A stretch of 64,000 bases of DNA from a virus (Duplodnaviria; Caudoviricetes): positions 32,001 to 96,000 of IMG/VR virus record IMGVR_UViG_3300003375_000001; one strand, 5' to 3'. Position 1 is the first letter of the stretch. Every line of letters starts with the position of its first letter. The notes under the pieces were generated by a model that did no database searches, was not told where the DNA came from, and was given only the letters and a program-made list of their open reading frames with translations. Both the position numbers and the translations under genes were made by a program. Below, piece after piece: positions 56,862 to 64,000 of this stretch.

Positions 56862-56907
56862 GTCTGATCCTAGTAAAACGTCTGACATAAAAATGTCTAA
56901 GTTGACT
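55645..56907 (-). mobile_element. Endonuclease insertion flanked by a 10-bp near-direct repeat
   Basis: TAAGCTGACT (55645-54) and TAAGTTGACT (56898-907), both encoding K-L-T in + strand reading frames. Confidence 0.5.
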
Positions 56908-58440
56908 GTCTACAAAGAAAGCGGCTATCTCCTAAATGTAAAGAAGTTGACCGAGTCTCAGATAGAAGACGCTAAGGATAGGTTTACCTTCTCCCTGTAT
57001 GACCATTCTGCCTGTGACAAGTGTGAACAACTGGCCAGTAGACATTCAGAGATATGTGACGGCTGTGCCGCATTCATGGGTCACAGAGCTTTGGCTAAAG
57101 AGGTAGAACGAGGCGATCAAGTTCTTTTGTCTCTACCTTACGGGGCTAAGAAAGAAGTACGGTCTTTCCTAAAGTCACTAGGTAAGCCCTATGTAGTGGT
57201 AAACCGGCATCCTCAAGACAAACCTTTTTCTAGGCCTATTAAGTTCACTGGTCAGCTTAGAGATTACCAGCTAGACGCTCAGACCGCTATCTTGAGGGAG
57301 AAGAAAGGTATTGTCAAAGCGCCGCCTCGTTCAGGTAAGACCGTTATTGGTACAGCGACCATATGCACTATAGGTCAGAAGACCATTGTGCTAGCGGCTC
57401 AGCGAGAATGGCTTATAGGGTTTCAAGAAACGTTTCTGGGTAACGCAAATCAAGAGGCTATGTCTAACGCTAGTGCCCGTCAGATAGGGTTCTGTAAGAC
57501 GTATGAGGACTTTGTCAAGACAGACGTATGCCTTGCCACGTTTGCACAGTTCTTTAGCCCAGCTGGCAGAAACCTGCTTGGAAGAATCCGCAGCTTGTTT
57601 CCTGTCTTGATGGTGGACGAAGTTCACTTGGCGTCGGCGCTGCAAACAAGCCGTGTTCTCGCCCAGTTCAACGCTGAATACAGAATAGGTTTGACTGGTA
57701 CACCTGAGCGTAAACAAGCCGACCTCGTAAAGATTTTCTTCAACCTCATTGGTCCTATTATATACGAGGCTAAGATAGACAGACTACGTCCTCGTGTTGA
57801 ACTGCTGAATACCGAGTGCAAGAAAGATATAAATGGGTTTGGTCAGGCAGCCTTCACTAGGTTCGTCACAGCCATCGAGAAAGAGCCTGACCGAATCAAG
57901 AAGATATGCAAGCGGGTGATTCAGCTGGTTAACCAAGGTCATATGGTTCTGTTACCTGTCCAACGTGTCAAGTCGGTTGACTTATACTGCAAAGTTATCA
58001 ACCGCATGCTAGGTGAAGACGCTAAGAGGATAGCCTTTCCTTTTTATGGAAACATGACTAAGGAAAGACGTAAAGAAACAATCAACCGATGCCGGGACTA
58101 TCGAATCAAGGTTCTCGTCGGCAACGCTAAACTCATATCTGTAGGCTTGAACATTCCTAGAGCCTCTTGCATATTCGAACGGGTCACTGTATCTTCCAAC
58201 GTACCCAACTGCGATCAGCGCGTGTCCCGTATCCTTACTCCTATGGACGGTAAGCCTCAACCTCTTATAGTTTACGTGCTGGACGATAGCAAGATAATGC
58301 AAACAACAGCCCGTACAGAGTGGTGGGGGTGTATCCACCCAAGGCACCGACCATTGATGGACGCCAGAGACAGAGCTATTCTAATGGAATGGTTCAAGGG
58401 CAAGTCTCAGTCTGACATATCTGACCTTAACGACGTTTAG
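56893..58440 (+). CDS. uvsW: Superfamily 2 DNA helicase, UvsW-like
   Basis: LRDYQ Q-motif, APPRSGKT, DEVH, GLTGTPER, SVGLNIP; ATG 56893 preferred because 56860 overlaps the antisense gene. Confidence 0.85.
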   Translation: MSKLTVYKESGYLLNVKKLTESQIEDAKDRFTFSLYDHSACDKCEQLASRHSEICDGCAAFMGHRALAKEVERGDQVLLSLPYGAKKEVRSFLKSLGKPYVVVNRHPQDKPFSRPIKFTGQLRDYQLDAQTAILREKKGIVKAPPRSGKTVIGTATICTIGQKTIVLAAQREWLIGFQETFLGNANQEAMSNASARQIGFCKTYEDFVKTDVCLATFAQFFSPAGRNLLGRIRSLFPVLMVDEVHLASALQTSRVLAQFNAEYRIGLTGTPERKQADLVKIFFNLIGPIIYEAKIDRLRPRVELLNTECKKDINGFGQAAFTRFVTAIEKEPDRIKKICKRVIQLVNQGHMVLLPVQRVKSVDLYCKVINRMLGEDAKRIAFPFYGNMTKERRKETINRCRDYRIKVLVGNAKLISVGLNIPRASCIFERVTVSSNVPNCDQRVSRILTPMDGKPQPLIVYVLDDSKIMQTTARTEWWGCIHPRHRPLMDARDRAILMEWFKGKSQSDISDLNDV

Positions 58441-58447
58441 AGATAAC

Positions 58448-59023
58448 ATGGCAAAGCGTCTTCTAATAAAGCTAGACAAGGACAACTTCAAGGTCAATAT
58501 ACCTGGGAGTGTTCACCGACAAGCGCCTTTCAACTTTGCACCTAATGACTTTGGCATAGGTAACGAGACTATAAAGGATAAGATCATAAGTGGTGAGTCT
58601 CAGACGCGAGGACTAGAAGCGTTTCTGAAGAACCCTTCGCATCCATGGGTGTACGGGGTTGGCTCTGCTCCTGATGACGCACACGCGAAGTACTTTGCGG
58701 CCTTCCTAGCACAGGCTTACACCAGACAAGTACCTAACTCCCGTGTCGTCTGGCATCATGTGTACGGCAACTTCAGTAATCCTCTTATAGAGAATCAAGA
58801 ACCTGCTAGCCTTCTCGTTCTTACTGGCATGGCCCCTAATTCCACAGCGGCTAGGCTGGAGAAGTGTCGTGATCTTCTTGAGTTCTACAGTGACATACCT
58901 CGCATCGTGGTGACAGCTGGAGTCGACCCTGTCACCTTCTTCTATTCTGTACTTCACCAAAAGCTAACACAGGTATACTACCAGTCCAAGAACGTTATCA
59001 AGCGTAGGGTGGAGGTTGTCTGA
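58448..59023 (+). CDS. Hypothetical protein, possibly a degenerate DnaC/IstB-like AAA+ fold
   Basis: 191 aa; SLLVLTG..RLEKCRDLL..IPRIVVTAG parallels DnaC Walker B and sensor segments but lacks GKT and DD. Confidence 0.35.
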   Translation: MAKRLLIKLDKDNFKVNIPGSVHRQAPFNFAPNDFGIGNETIKDKIISGESQTRGLEAFLKNPSHPWVYGVGSAPDDAHAKYFAAFLAQAYTRQVPNSRVVWHHVYGNFSNPLIENQEPASLLVLTGMAPNSTAARLEKCRDLLEFYSDIPRIVVTAGVDPVTFFYSVLHQKLTQVYYQSKNVIKRRVEVV

Positions 59024-59340
59024 TGGCTAAGAAAAAAGCTAGCGTAATGATATGGTACCCCCTTACCATACCAGTTTCAAAGGTGGCGTTCAAAGACGAC
59101 GCGGTATACTATAAGAAGGTGGGTACTTCGTCCATAGACTCTGTACCTTATTCTCAGTTTATGCAAGCCATAGAGACTGACGAAGGCTACAGCTTGATGA
59201 TAAAGGTAAAGTACAAGGTTGGGGAGTTTGTAGCTACGTCTATAGACAACCATGCCAATCCAAATCTAGTGGTGTGCAAGAGAGAACATGGACACAAGAT
59301 TATTGTTAATGTGTCTTCATTGAAAGTCACAAGTCTATAA
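59023..59340 (+). CDS. Hypothetical protein
   Basis: 105 aa; GGAGG RBS; overlaps the upstream stop. Confidence 0.6.
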   Translation: MAKKKASVMIWYPLTIPVSKVAFKDDAVYYKKVGTSSIDSVPYSQFMQAIETDEGYSLMIKVKYKVGEFVATSIDNHANPNLVVCKREHGHKIIVNVSSLKVTSL

Positions 59341-59341
59341 C

Positions 59342-60700
59342 ATGGCAAAACTGTTTAGTAGTCCTTCCGAGGCGATTGCGCTTCGTGCATTGTGTAGTCC
59401 TGATCGTGTCATAGCAGGTCACATGTTAGCTAGAGTTGACCAGTCCTTCTTTCACCTGGACGAGTCAAGAGAAGCCTATAACTACATCCTTGCTCATGTA
59501 AGTGAGAAGGGTGGATCACCGCCTTTCAACATATTGGTAGAGAATGTATCTCTATCCGAAGACGCTAGAGAACACCTTAAGCAAGCAAAGGTACAGCCTA
59601 AGCGAATTAAGGAAGCCGATCAGCTTATTGATAACCTTCAGAAATACAGACAGACGAGAATCTACTGGGACCTAGCCAAGTCTCTAAAGACTAAGCTGGA
59701 AGCCGCTAAGATAGATCCCTTAGAGCTAGCCGAGCTTGTCAGTAAACAACAGAATAAAGCTCAAGCCAAAAAGAGTAGTGTTGACGATCGGATGTTCCAC
59801 ATTGGAAAGAAAAGCAATGTTGCAAAGATTGTTCACAACATTATCCATGGTGAAGACACCGATAACTGGATACCCACAAGGTTTAGCGTATTCGATGACA
59901 TCAATGGAGGTTTTCCACGAGGTGGTCTAGTAACGCTAGGCGGTGCATCGTCTTCTGGTAAGTCCCACCTCGTCATTCAGTTAGCTCTTAATCAGGCGCT
60001 ACTAGGCTATAAGGTTGTGGTTGTTCCTCTCGAAATGACAGAGGAAGAATACCTCATCCGAACAATGGCTAACGTCTCTAAGACCGATAGCTTACGTATC
60101 AGTAGGAAACAGCTAACTTCGGAAGAGAAGGCTACTGTCGAAAGACGCTTTGCCAACGCTCAAAAGAAGATAGACAGGGCTGGAGGTCGTATCAGTATTT
60201 ATGTACCTGATACGGATATGTCCATCGAAGAGATCATGGCTGCGGTACACAGCTATGGTGCAGACGCCGTCTACATCGATTACATAGGCTTGCTTAAAGG
60301 TGCTGATGGAGATGACCAGTGGCGTAAGCTGGGTCAGATTTCTCGTTATGCTAAGGTATACGCAAACAACCACAATAAGGTAGTTGTGCTAGCTTGTCAG
60401 GTCGATGAAACAGGTAAGATTCGTTATAGTCAGGCCATCAAAGAACATAGCTCCTTGGCCTGGATCTTTGTTGCTACTAAGGAATCTCGTGAACGCGGAT
60501 TCCTTAACTTCAGTATGCTAAAGGGGCGTAATCAAAAGATGATTGACTTCACCTTGCGCATCGACTATGAATACTCTAGGCTGTACGACCCCGATCCTTC
60601 TGACATGGACAAATCTAGTAACATGCCTAATGAAGAATCTGGCAAAAAGAAGTCTGACATGCCAGACGAAGAATCTTTTGTACCCGACCTCTCTGACTAA
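59342..60700 (+). CDS. dnaB: Replicative DNA helicase, DnaB-like
   Basis: GGASSSGKS Walker A, VPLEM, VYIDYIGLL, VLACQV, YSQAIKEHSS, KGRN; N-terminal DnaB-type domain. Confidence 0.9.
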   Translation: MAKLFSSPSEAIALRALCSPDRVIAGHMLARVDQSFFHLDESREAYNYILAHVSEKGGSPPFNILVENVSLSEDAREHLKQAKVQPKRIKEADQLIDNLQKYRQTRIYWDLAKSLKTKLEAAKIDPLELAELVSKQQNKAQAKKSSVDDRMFHIGKKSNVAKIVHNIIHGEDTDNWIPTRFSVFDDINGGFPRGGLVTLGGASSSGKSHLVIQLALNQALLGYKVVVVPLEMTEEEYLIRTMANVSKTDSLRISRKQLTSEEKATVERRFANAQKKIDRAGGRISIYVPDTDMSIEEIMAAVHSYGADAVYIDYIGLLKGADGDDQWRKLGQISRYAKVYANNHNKVVVLACQVDETGKIRYSQAIKEHSSLAWIFVATKESRERGFLNFSMLKGRNQKMIDFTLRIDYEYSRLYDPDPSDMDKSSNMPNEESGKKKSDMPDEESFVPDLSD

Positions 60701-60710
60701 AGGATCTCGT

Positions 60711-61091
60711 ATGCTTTTCTTTATAGTGTCTCTGTCCTTTTTGATACTAGGCATCCTGATCGGAGGTGCGCTAACCCTAACTTTGATAGACGGTGAAAAC
60801 AAGTTTATTCAAAAGCAGAAAAGCAACTTCAATGCCCGGTATGACTCTTATACCTTGGAACGTAACGCGGCCGCTATCATAATGGCCCGTCTACAAATAG
60901 GTATCAAAACGGGGTCTCACATAAACAAACGTTTCTACGAGGCCTTGTACCGAGAACTAAGCACCTGCGGCTCGCTAAGTAACTTTAGCATCACTAGGGT
61001 AGAGGAAGTGCTAAGGCTAGAACGTAAGGCTAATCTAAAGTCTGTTCTTAGAACATACGAACTGGCAGCAGCAAAGAAGGACAAGACGTGA
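60711..61091 (+). CDS. Membrane-anchored hypothetical protein
   Basis: ATG 60711 behind AAGGA; N-terminal TM helix MLFFIVSLSFLILGILIGGALTLTLI. Confidence 0.6.
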   Translation: MLFFIVSLSFLILGILIGGALTLTLIDGENKFIQKQKSNFNARYDSYTLERNAAAIIMARLQIGIKTGSHINKRFYEALYRELSTCGSLSNFSITRVEEVLRLERKANLKSVLRTYELAAAKKDKT

Positions 61092-61726
61092 AAAACAGCA
61101 TTCTTCCTTTTCCTACAGGTGACCTTGAGCCACAACACCGGTCAAAGACACTAAACAATCATTTGATATCTAGGTCGGTTGAATACGGGAAGGAACTCCC
61201 TTTTCTTCTAAGCGACAAGATAATATTGGTTAGGGAGTATTTCTTAACGGAAGTACTCCCCTTATTCCTTGCTCTGGACACAGGGATGGACGATGCAACT
61301 GACGTGGTTCGTCTTACCTTAGACGATGAACCCTCAGCCAGTTCCTTTGAAAGCATGCTACGCGATGCAACCATAGAAGCGTTAGCCATAAAGCTAACGT
61401 CTTTTGTCATCAACTACGTTGGCCTAGACAAAGAACAAGCCACGTTGTTTATGATGACCTTTATATCTAGAACACTAAAAGGCGCCGATCATGGCCACGT
61501 TGCCGAAGCCCTCATGCGCAAAATGCAGCAGATACCTGAGTTGCCGAGACCCTCAAAAGACAAAGCCCCGGTACTCGTGCGAGAAGTTCAAAAGGCTAAC
61601 GGAGATTCACGACGTAAGCGAACTGACGGAGATGAGCCTAACGATTCCCCGAGGGGAAGACGAGGACCTGCTAGTAAGACGGCAGCCAAAGCTAAAGAAG
61701 TCTCCAAGCGGAATCCTCGTACCTGA
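61088..61726 (+). CDS. Hypothetical protein (possible terminase small subunit) overlapping terL by 236 nt
   Basis: GTG behind AAGGA; helical core; basic low-complexity tail in the overlap. Confidence 0.5.
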   Translation: MKNSILPFPTGDLEPQHRSKTLNNHLISRSVEYGKELPFLLSDKIILVREYFLTEVLPLFLALDTGMDDATDVVRLTLDDEPSASSFESMLRDATIEALAIKLTSFVINYVGLDKEQATLFMMTFISRTLKGADHGHVAEALMRKMQQIPELPRPSKDKAPVLVREVQKANGDSRRKRTDGDEPNDSPRGRRGPASKTAAKAKEVSKRNPRT

Positions 61727-63704
61727 TGATACCATCGTCATCGATGACGCCATTGACATACCAGATGACGCGGAAGATAACTTCATAGCTAAGGCCATGG
61801 AGAGAGCATACGATCCCATAACCAATACCGTCAGGGATCTAAAGATAGACGACTCTCATATACCTGTTGCTGCAAACTTCTACGACTTCTGTGCCAACCA
61901 TGCCGGCAAGAACGTCAAGATGCCCTTTGCTAGGCAGCTATGGATAGCGATGTACCTGTTTGGTGAGGTATGCAACAAGTGTACGCATGTTAAAGCACAA
62001 GACATGTGGAATGTACCAGTTGACCTTGACCCTCATGTTCTAAATAGGAAGATGGTCTTTCTAAGGTTTGGAAAATGTCCAAGCTGCAAGTCAACTAAGT
62101 TTGAATTGATTAGAGACGGCTACCTTAACGACTACACCGAGTTGGTATTGGTCGGTGGCCAGCGTCTGGGGAAATCTACGCTTACTGCCAGCATGCTAGC
62201 CTACGCATTGCACCGCATGCTAACAGCTCCAAAGCTATCCACTATAGCACGAGGTATTCAAGACTTTACACCGCTAGTAGGCTCGTTTGTAGCTCTGACG
62301 GTTACTAAGGCGACAGGCCTACTGTGGAAGCCTGTCCGAGAAATGATAGCCGCGTCTGCATGGTTCGACAACTATTTTGACATGCTTAAAGACGCAGGTC
62401 GTAGATATGGTAGAGAGTTCTTCCAGTTTACGCCAACGGGGACCTACCTTCGCTTCTTTCATAAGAACATCGACCTATATCCCGAAGGCCCTAGCAAGAG
62501 AACACTTCGGGGGTCAACTCGCTGGGTTGCAGCGACAGACGAATTGGGTCATTTTCCTTTTGACGCCAAAGCTGACCAGGAAGACTACGAGGACGAACGT
62601 GAACGGGCTAACGCGGACGAAGTGCATACTGTCCTTAATACCTCGTTGTCTACAGTTCAAACAGAAGTTATGAGCTTCTATAAGAAGGGCATATTTACTG
62701 TTCCTCAAGCGTTGAACATAAGCATCTCCTCTCCTGCGTCGTGGAAAGACAAAATTTGTCGTTTGTATAAAGAGTCGGAAGGCTCTAAACAAGTTCTAGC
62801 CATTAAGGCTGCCACTTGGGAAATATCACCCATCTTCACGCGTGACCACCCTGTAATTACTAAAGCCTACCACAGTAATGCCAGGCGTGCTGATCGAGAC
62901 TACGGGGCTAATCCTCCTTCCCTGTCTTCTACCATATTCAACAAGGAACAGATAAAAGACCTGTTTTGTTTAGATCCTTTATACGCCATCTTGTACGGAG
63001 TGGGCTCAGACAAGACACAAGGCAAGGCCATAGAACTTATGAAGCCTGCCGTCTTCTATCCTGCTATACTAGGTCTTGACGCAGGCTATACAAACAATGC
63101 CTTTGGTTTATCTCTGACGTATCAGACACCAGAAGGTCTTGTCAAGTGCCCTAGTGTTCTGGAAGTAGTTCCACAACCAGGTAAGAAGATCGACTTCGTT
63201 TACCTATACGAAAATATCATCAAGCCTATCATCAAGCACTGTAACGTTAAGTGGGTAGTAGCTGACAGATGGAATTCTATTCATGTCCTTCAGAGCATTG
63301 ACACTGACTTCAAGGGTGTAGTAAAGACCAGCATCTATTCACTACGCAAGAAGGACTTTGACGCGTACATAGAACTTGTAGGCGCTGGTCTACTATTGAT
63401 GCCTAAGCTCGAACTAGATCATGAGCGTGTGGAAGTGGTGACTGACTATAAGAAAGACCTGCTTCAGTACCCGGCAGCTCACTTGTATTTGCAACATCTT
63501 ACTGTGCAAGAAATAGGTGGTATTCTAGACAAAGGCTCAGGCTATACCGATGACTTGTTTAGAGCTACAGTTATATCAGCCGTTCACCACTTCAACCCCA
63601 AAATCTCTGAGTACCTTAAAGAGTTTCAACCCGTAGAACGCGAGGCTCAGGATATAAGATCGGTAGTACTGGTAGTAGGTCGAAGCGGGATGGGCTATCG
63701 TTGA
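61491..63704 (+). CDS. terL: Terminase large subunit
   Basis: LVGGQRLGKS Walker A, AATDELGH Walker B, ISISSP, RNase H-like ILGLDAG..VVADRWN..TDDL. Confidence 0.9.
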   Translation: MATLPKPSCAKCSRYLSCRDPQKTKPRYSCEKFKRLTEIHDVSELTEMSLTIPRGEDEDLLVRRQPKLKKSPSGILVPDDTIVIDDAIDIPDDAEDNFIAKAMERAYDPITNTVRDLKIDDSHIPVAANFYDFCANHAGKNVKMPFARQLWIAMYLFGEVCNKCTHVKAQDMWNVPVDLDPHVLNRKMVFLRFGKCPSCKSTKFELIRDGYLNDYTELVLVGGQRLGKSTLTASMLAYALHRMLTAPKLSTIARGIQDFTPLVGSFVALTVTKATGLLWKPVREMIAASAWFDNYFDMLKDAGRRYGREFFQFTPTGTYLRFFHKNIDLYPEGPSKRTLRGSTRWVAATDELGHFPFDAKADQEDYEDERERANADEVHTVLNTSLSTVQTEVMSFYKKGIFTVPQALNISISSPASWKDKICRLYKESEGSKQVLAIKAATWEISPIFTRDHPVITKAYHSNARRADRDYGANPPSLSSTIFNKEQIKDLFCLDPLYAILYGVGSDKTQGKAIELMKPAVFYPAILGLDAGYTNNAFGLSLTYQTPEGLVKCPSVLEVVPQPGKKIDFVYLYENIIKPIIKHCNVKWVVADRWNSIHVLQSIDTDFKGVVKTSIYSLRKKDFDAYIELVGAGLLLMPKLELDHERVEVVTDYKKDLLQYPAAHLYLQHLTVQEIGGILDKGSGYTDDLFRATVISAVHHFNPKISEYLKEFQPVEREAQDIRSVVLVVGRSGMGYR

Positions 63705-63707
63705 CCT

Positions 63708-63716
63708 CATTTTCAT
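63708..63716 (+). promoter_or_regulatory. Candidate late-promoter element CATTTTNAT (copy 3)
   Basis: CATTTTCAT just after the terL stop, 47 nt before ATG 63755. Confidence 0.3.
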
Positions 63717-63754
63717 GAAGCTTTTCGGAAACAAATTCAAGCCAAGAGGCATCT

Positions 63755-64000
63755 ATGACTAATTCTACAAATCAACAAGTTGCGGCGTATCACGCGTCCG
63801 CTCAGCTTGCTCTAGGTGCTGCACTTCAGAGGAAGCTTAACGTCAACACTCTTCCTCTTGTTGATGTTACTATCCCTTTGTCTGATCCTGTTTCAGGTTC
63901 AATTAAGAATCAGGCCGTCACTGTAGCTTTCTCAGCGCCAACAGGTACAGCTGGCCAAGTCTGGTTAAATGTATCACCCCAGTCCCCTACTTACGAGGAA
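63755..64000 (+). CDS. Truncated ORF: seventh copy of the receptor-binding N-terminal module
   Basis: Not in the ORF track. Manual translation MTNSTNQQVAAYHASAQLALGAALQRKLNVNTLPLVDVTIPLSDPVSGSIKNQAVTVAFSAPTGTAGQVWLNVSPQSPTYEE; AGAGG RBS; open to the window end. Confidence 0.8.
   Translation, partial: MTNSTNQQVAAYHASAQLALGAALQRKLNVNTLPLVDVTIPLSDPVSGSIKNQAVTVAFSAPTGTAGQVWLNVSPQSPTYEE

Noticed and set aside
1-64000. Stop-codon reassignment (alternative genetic code)
   Set aside because: Genes tile the window intact under the standard code, and TAA, TGA and TAG all end genes cleanly
1-64000. Apparent abundance of CTAG, GTAC and GTTAAC palindromes as a sign of DNA modification or restriction immunity
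   Set aside because: Could simply reflect CTA/GTA/ACT codon use in Thr/Val/Leu-rich genes; needs Markov-corrected k-mer counts I cannot run

Overview
This window is a segment of a large contractile-tailed (T4-type baseplate) myophage genome, with almost every gene on the + strand. The gene content resembles, from recall and not verified, the RSL1/Lu11/PaBG-like jumbo phages. In order it holds: a holin-like gene and GH19 endolysin; five tail-fibre genes (975-6413); an array of six receptor-binding proteins sharing one ~90-aa N-terminal module but carrying different payloads (two SGNH esterases, three beta-helix tailspikes, one 1781-aa Ig/beta-helix protein; 8074-26066); head genes (Zn-ribbon scaffold-like protein, probable decoration protein, major capsid protein); tail sheath, tube, tape-measure-like and baseplate genes; a type IB topoisomerase-domain protein closing the virion operon; a replication/recombination block (clamp-like, UvsY-like, UvsW-like, DnaB-like) interrupted by an antisense PD-(D/E)xK homing-endonuclease-like gene; the terminase large subunit; and, truncated at the window end, a seventh copy of the receptor-binding module that the ORF track misses. 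The most notable unexplained signals are a ~180-nt structured non-coding RNA candidate behind the capsid gene closed by a perfect 19-bp stem, the TopIB protein in the virion operon, the modular receptor-binding array, an endonuclease insertion that appears to have duplicated and re-started the helicase 5' end, a CTT-TGA shifty stop upstream of the tape-measure gene, and a candidate late-promoter motif CATTTTNAT. No rRNA, canonical tRNA or CRISPR array was seen. All family calls come from motif recognition by eye; no database search was run.
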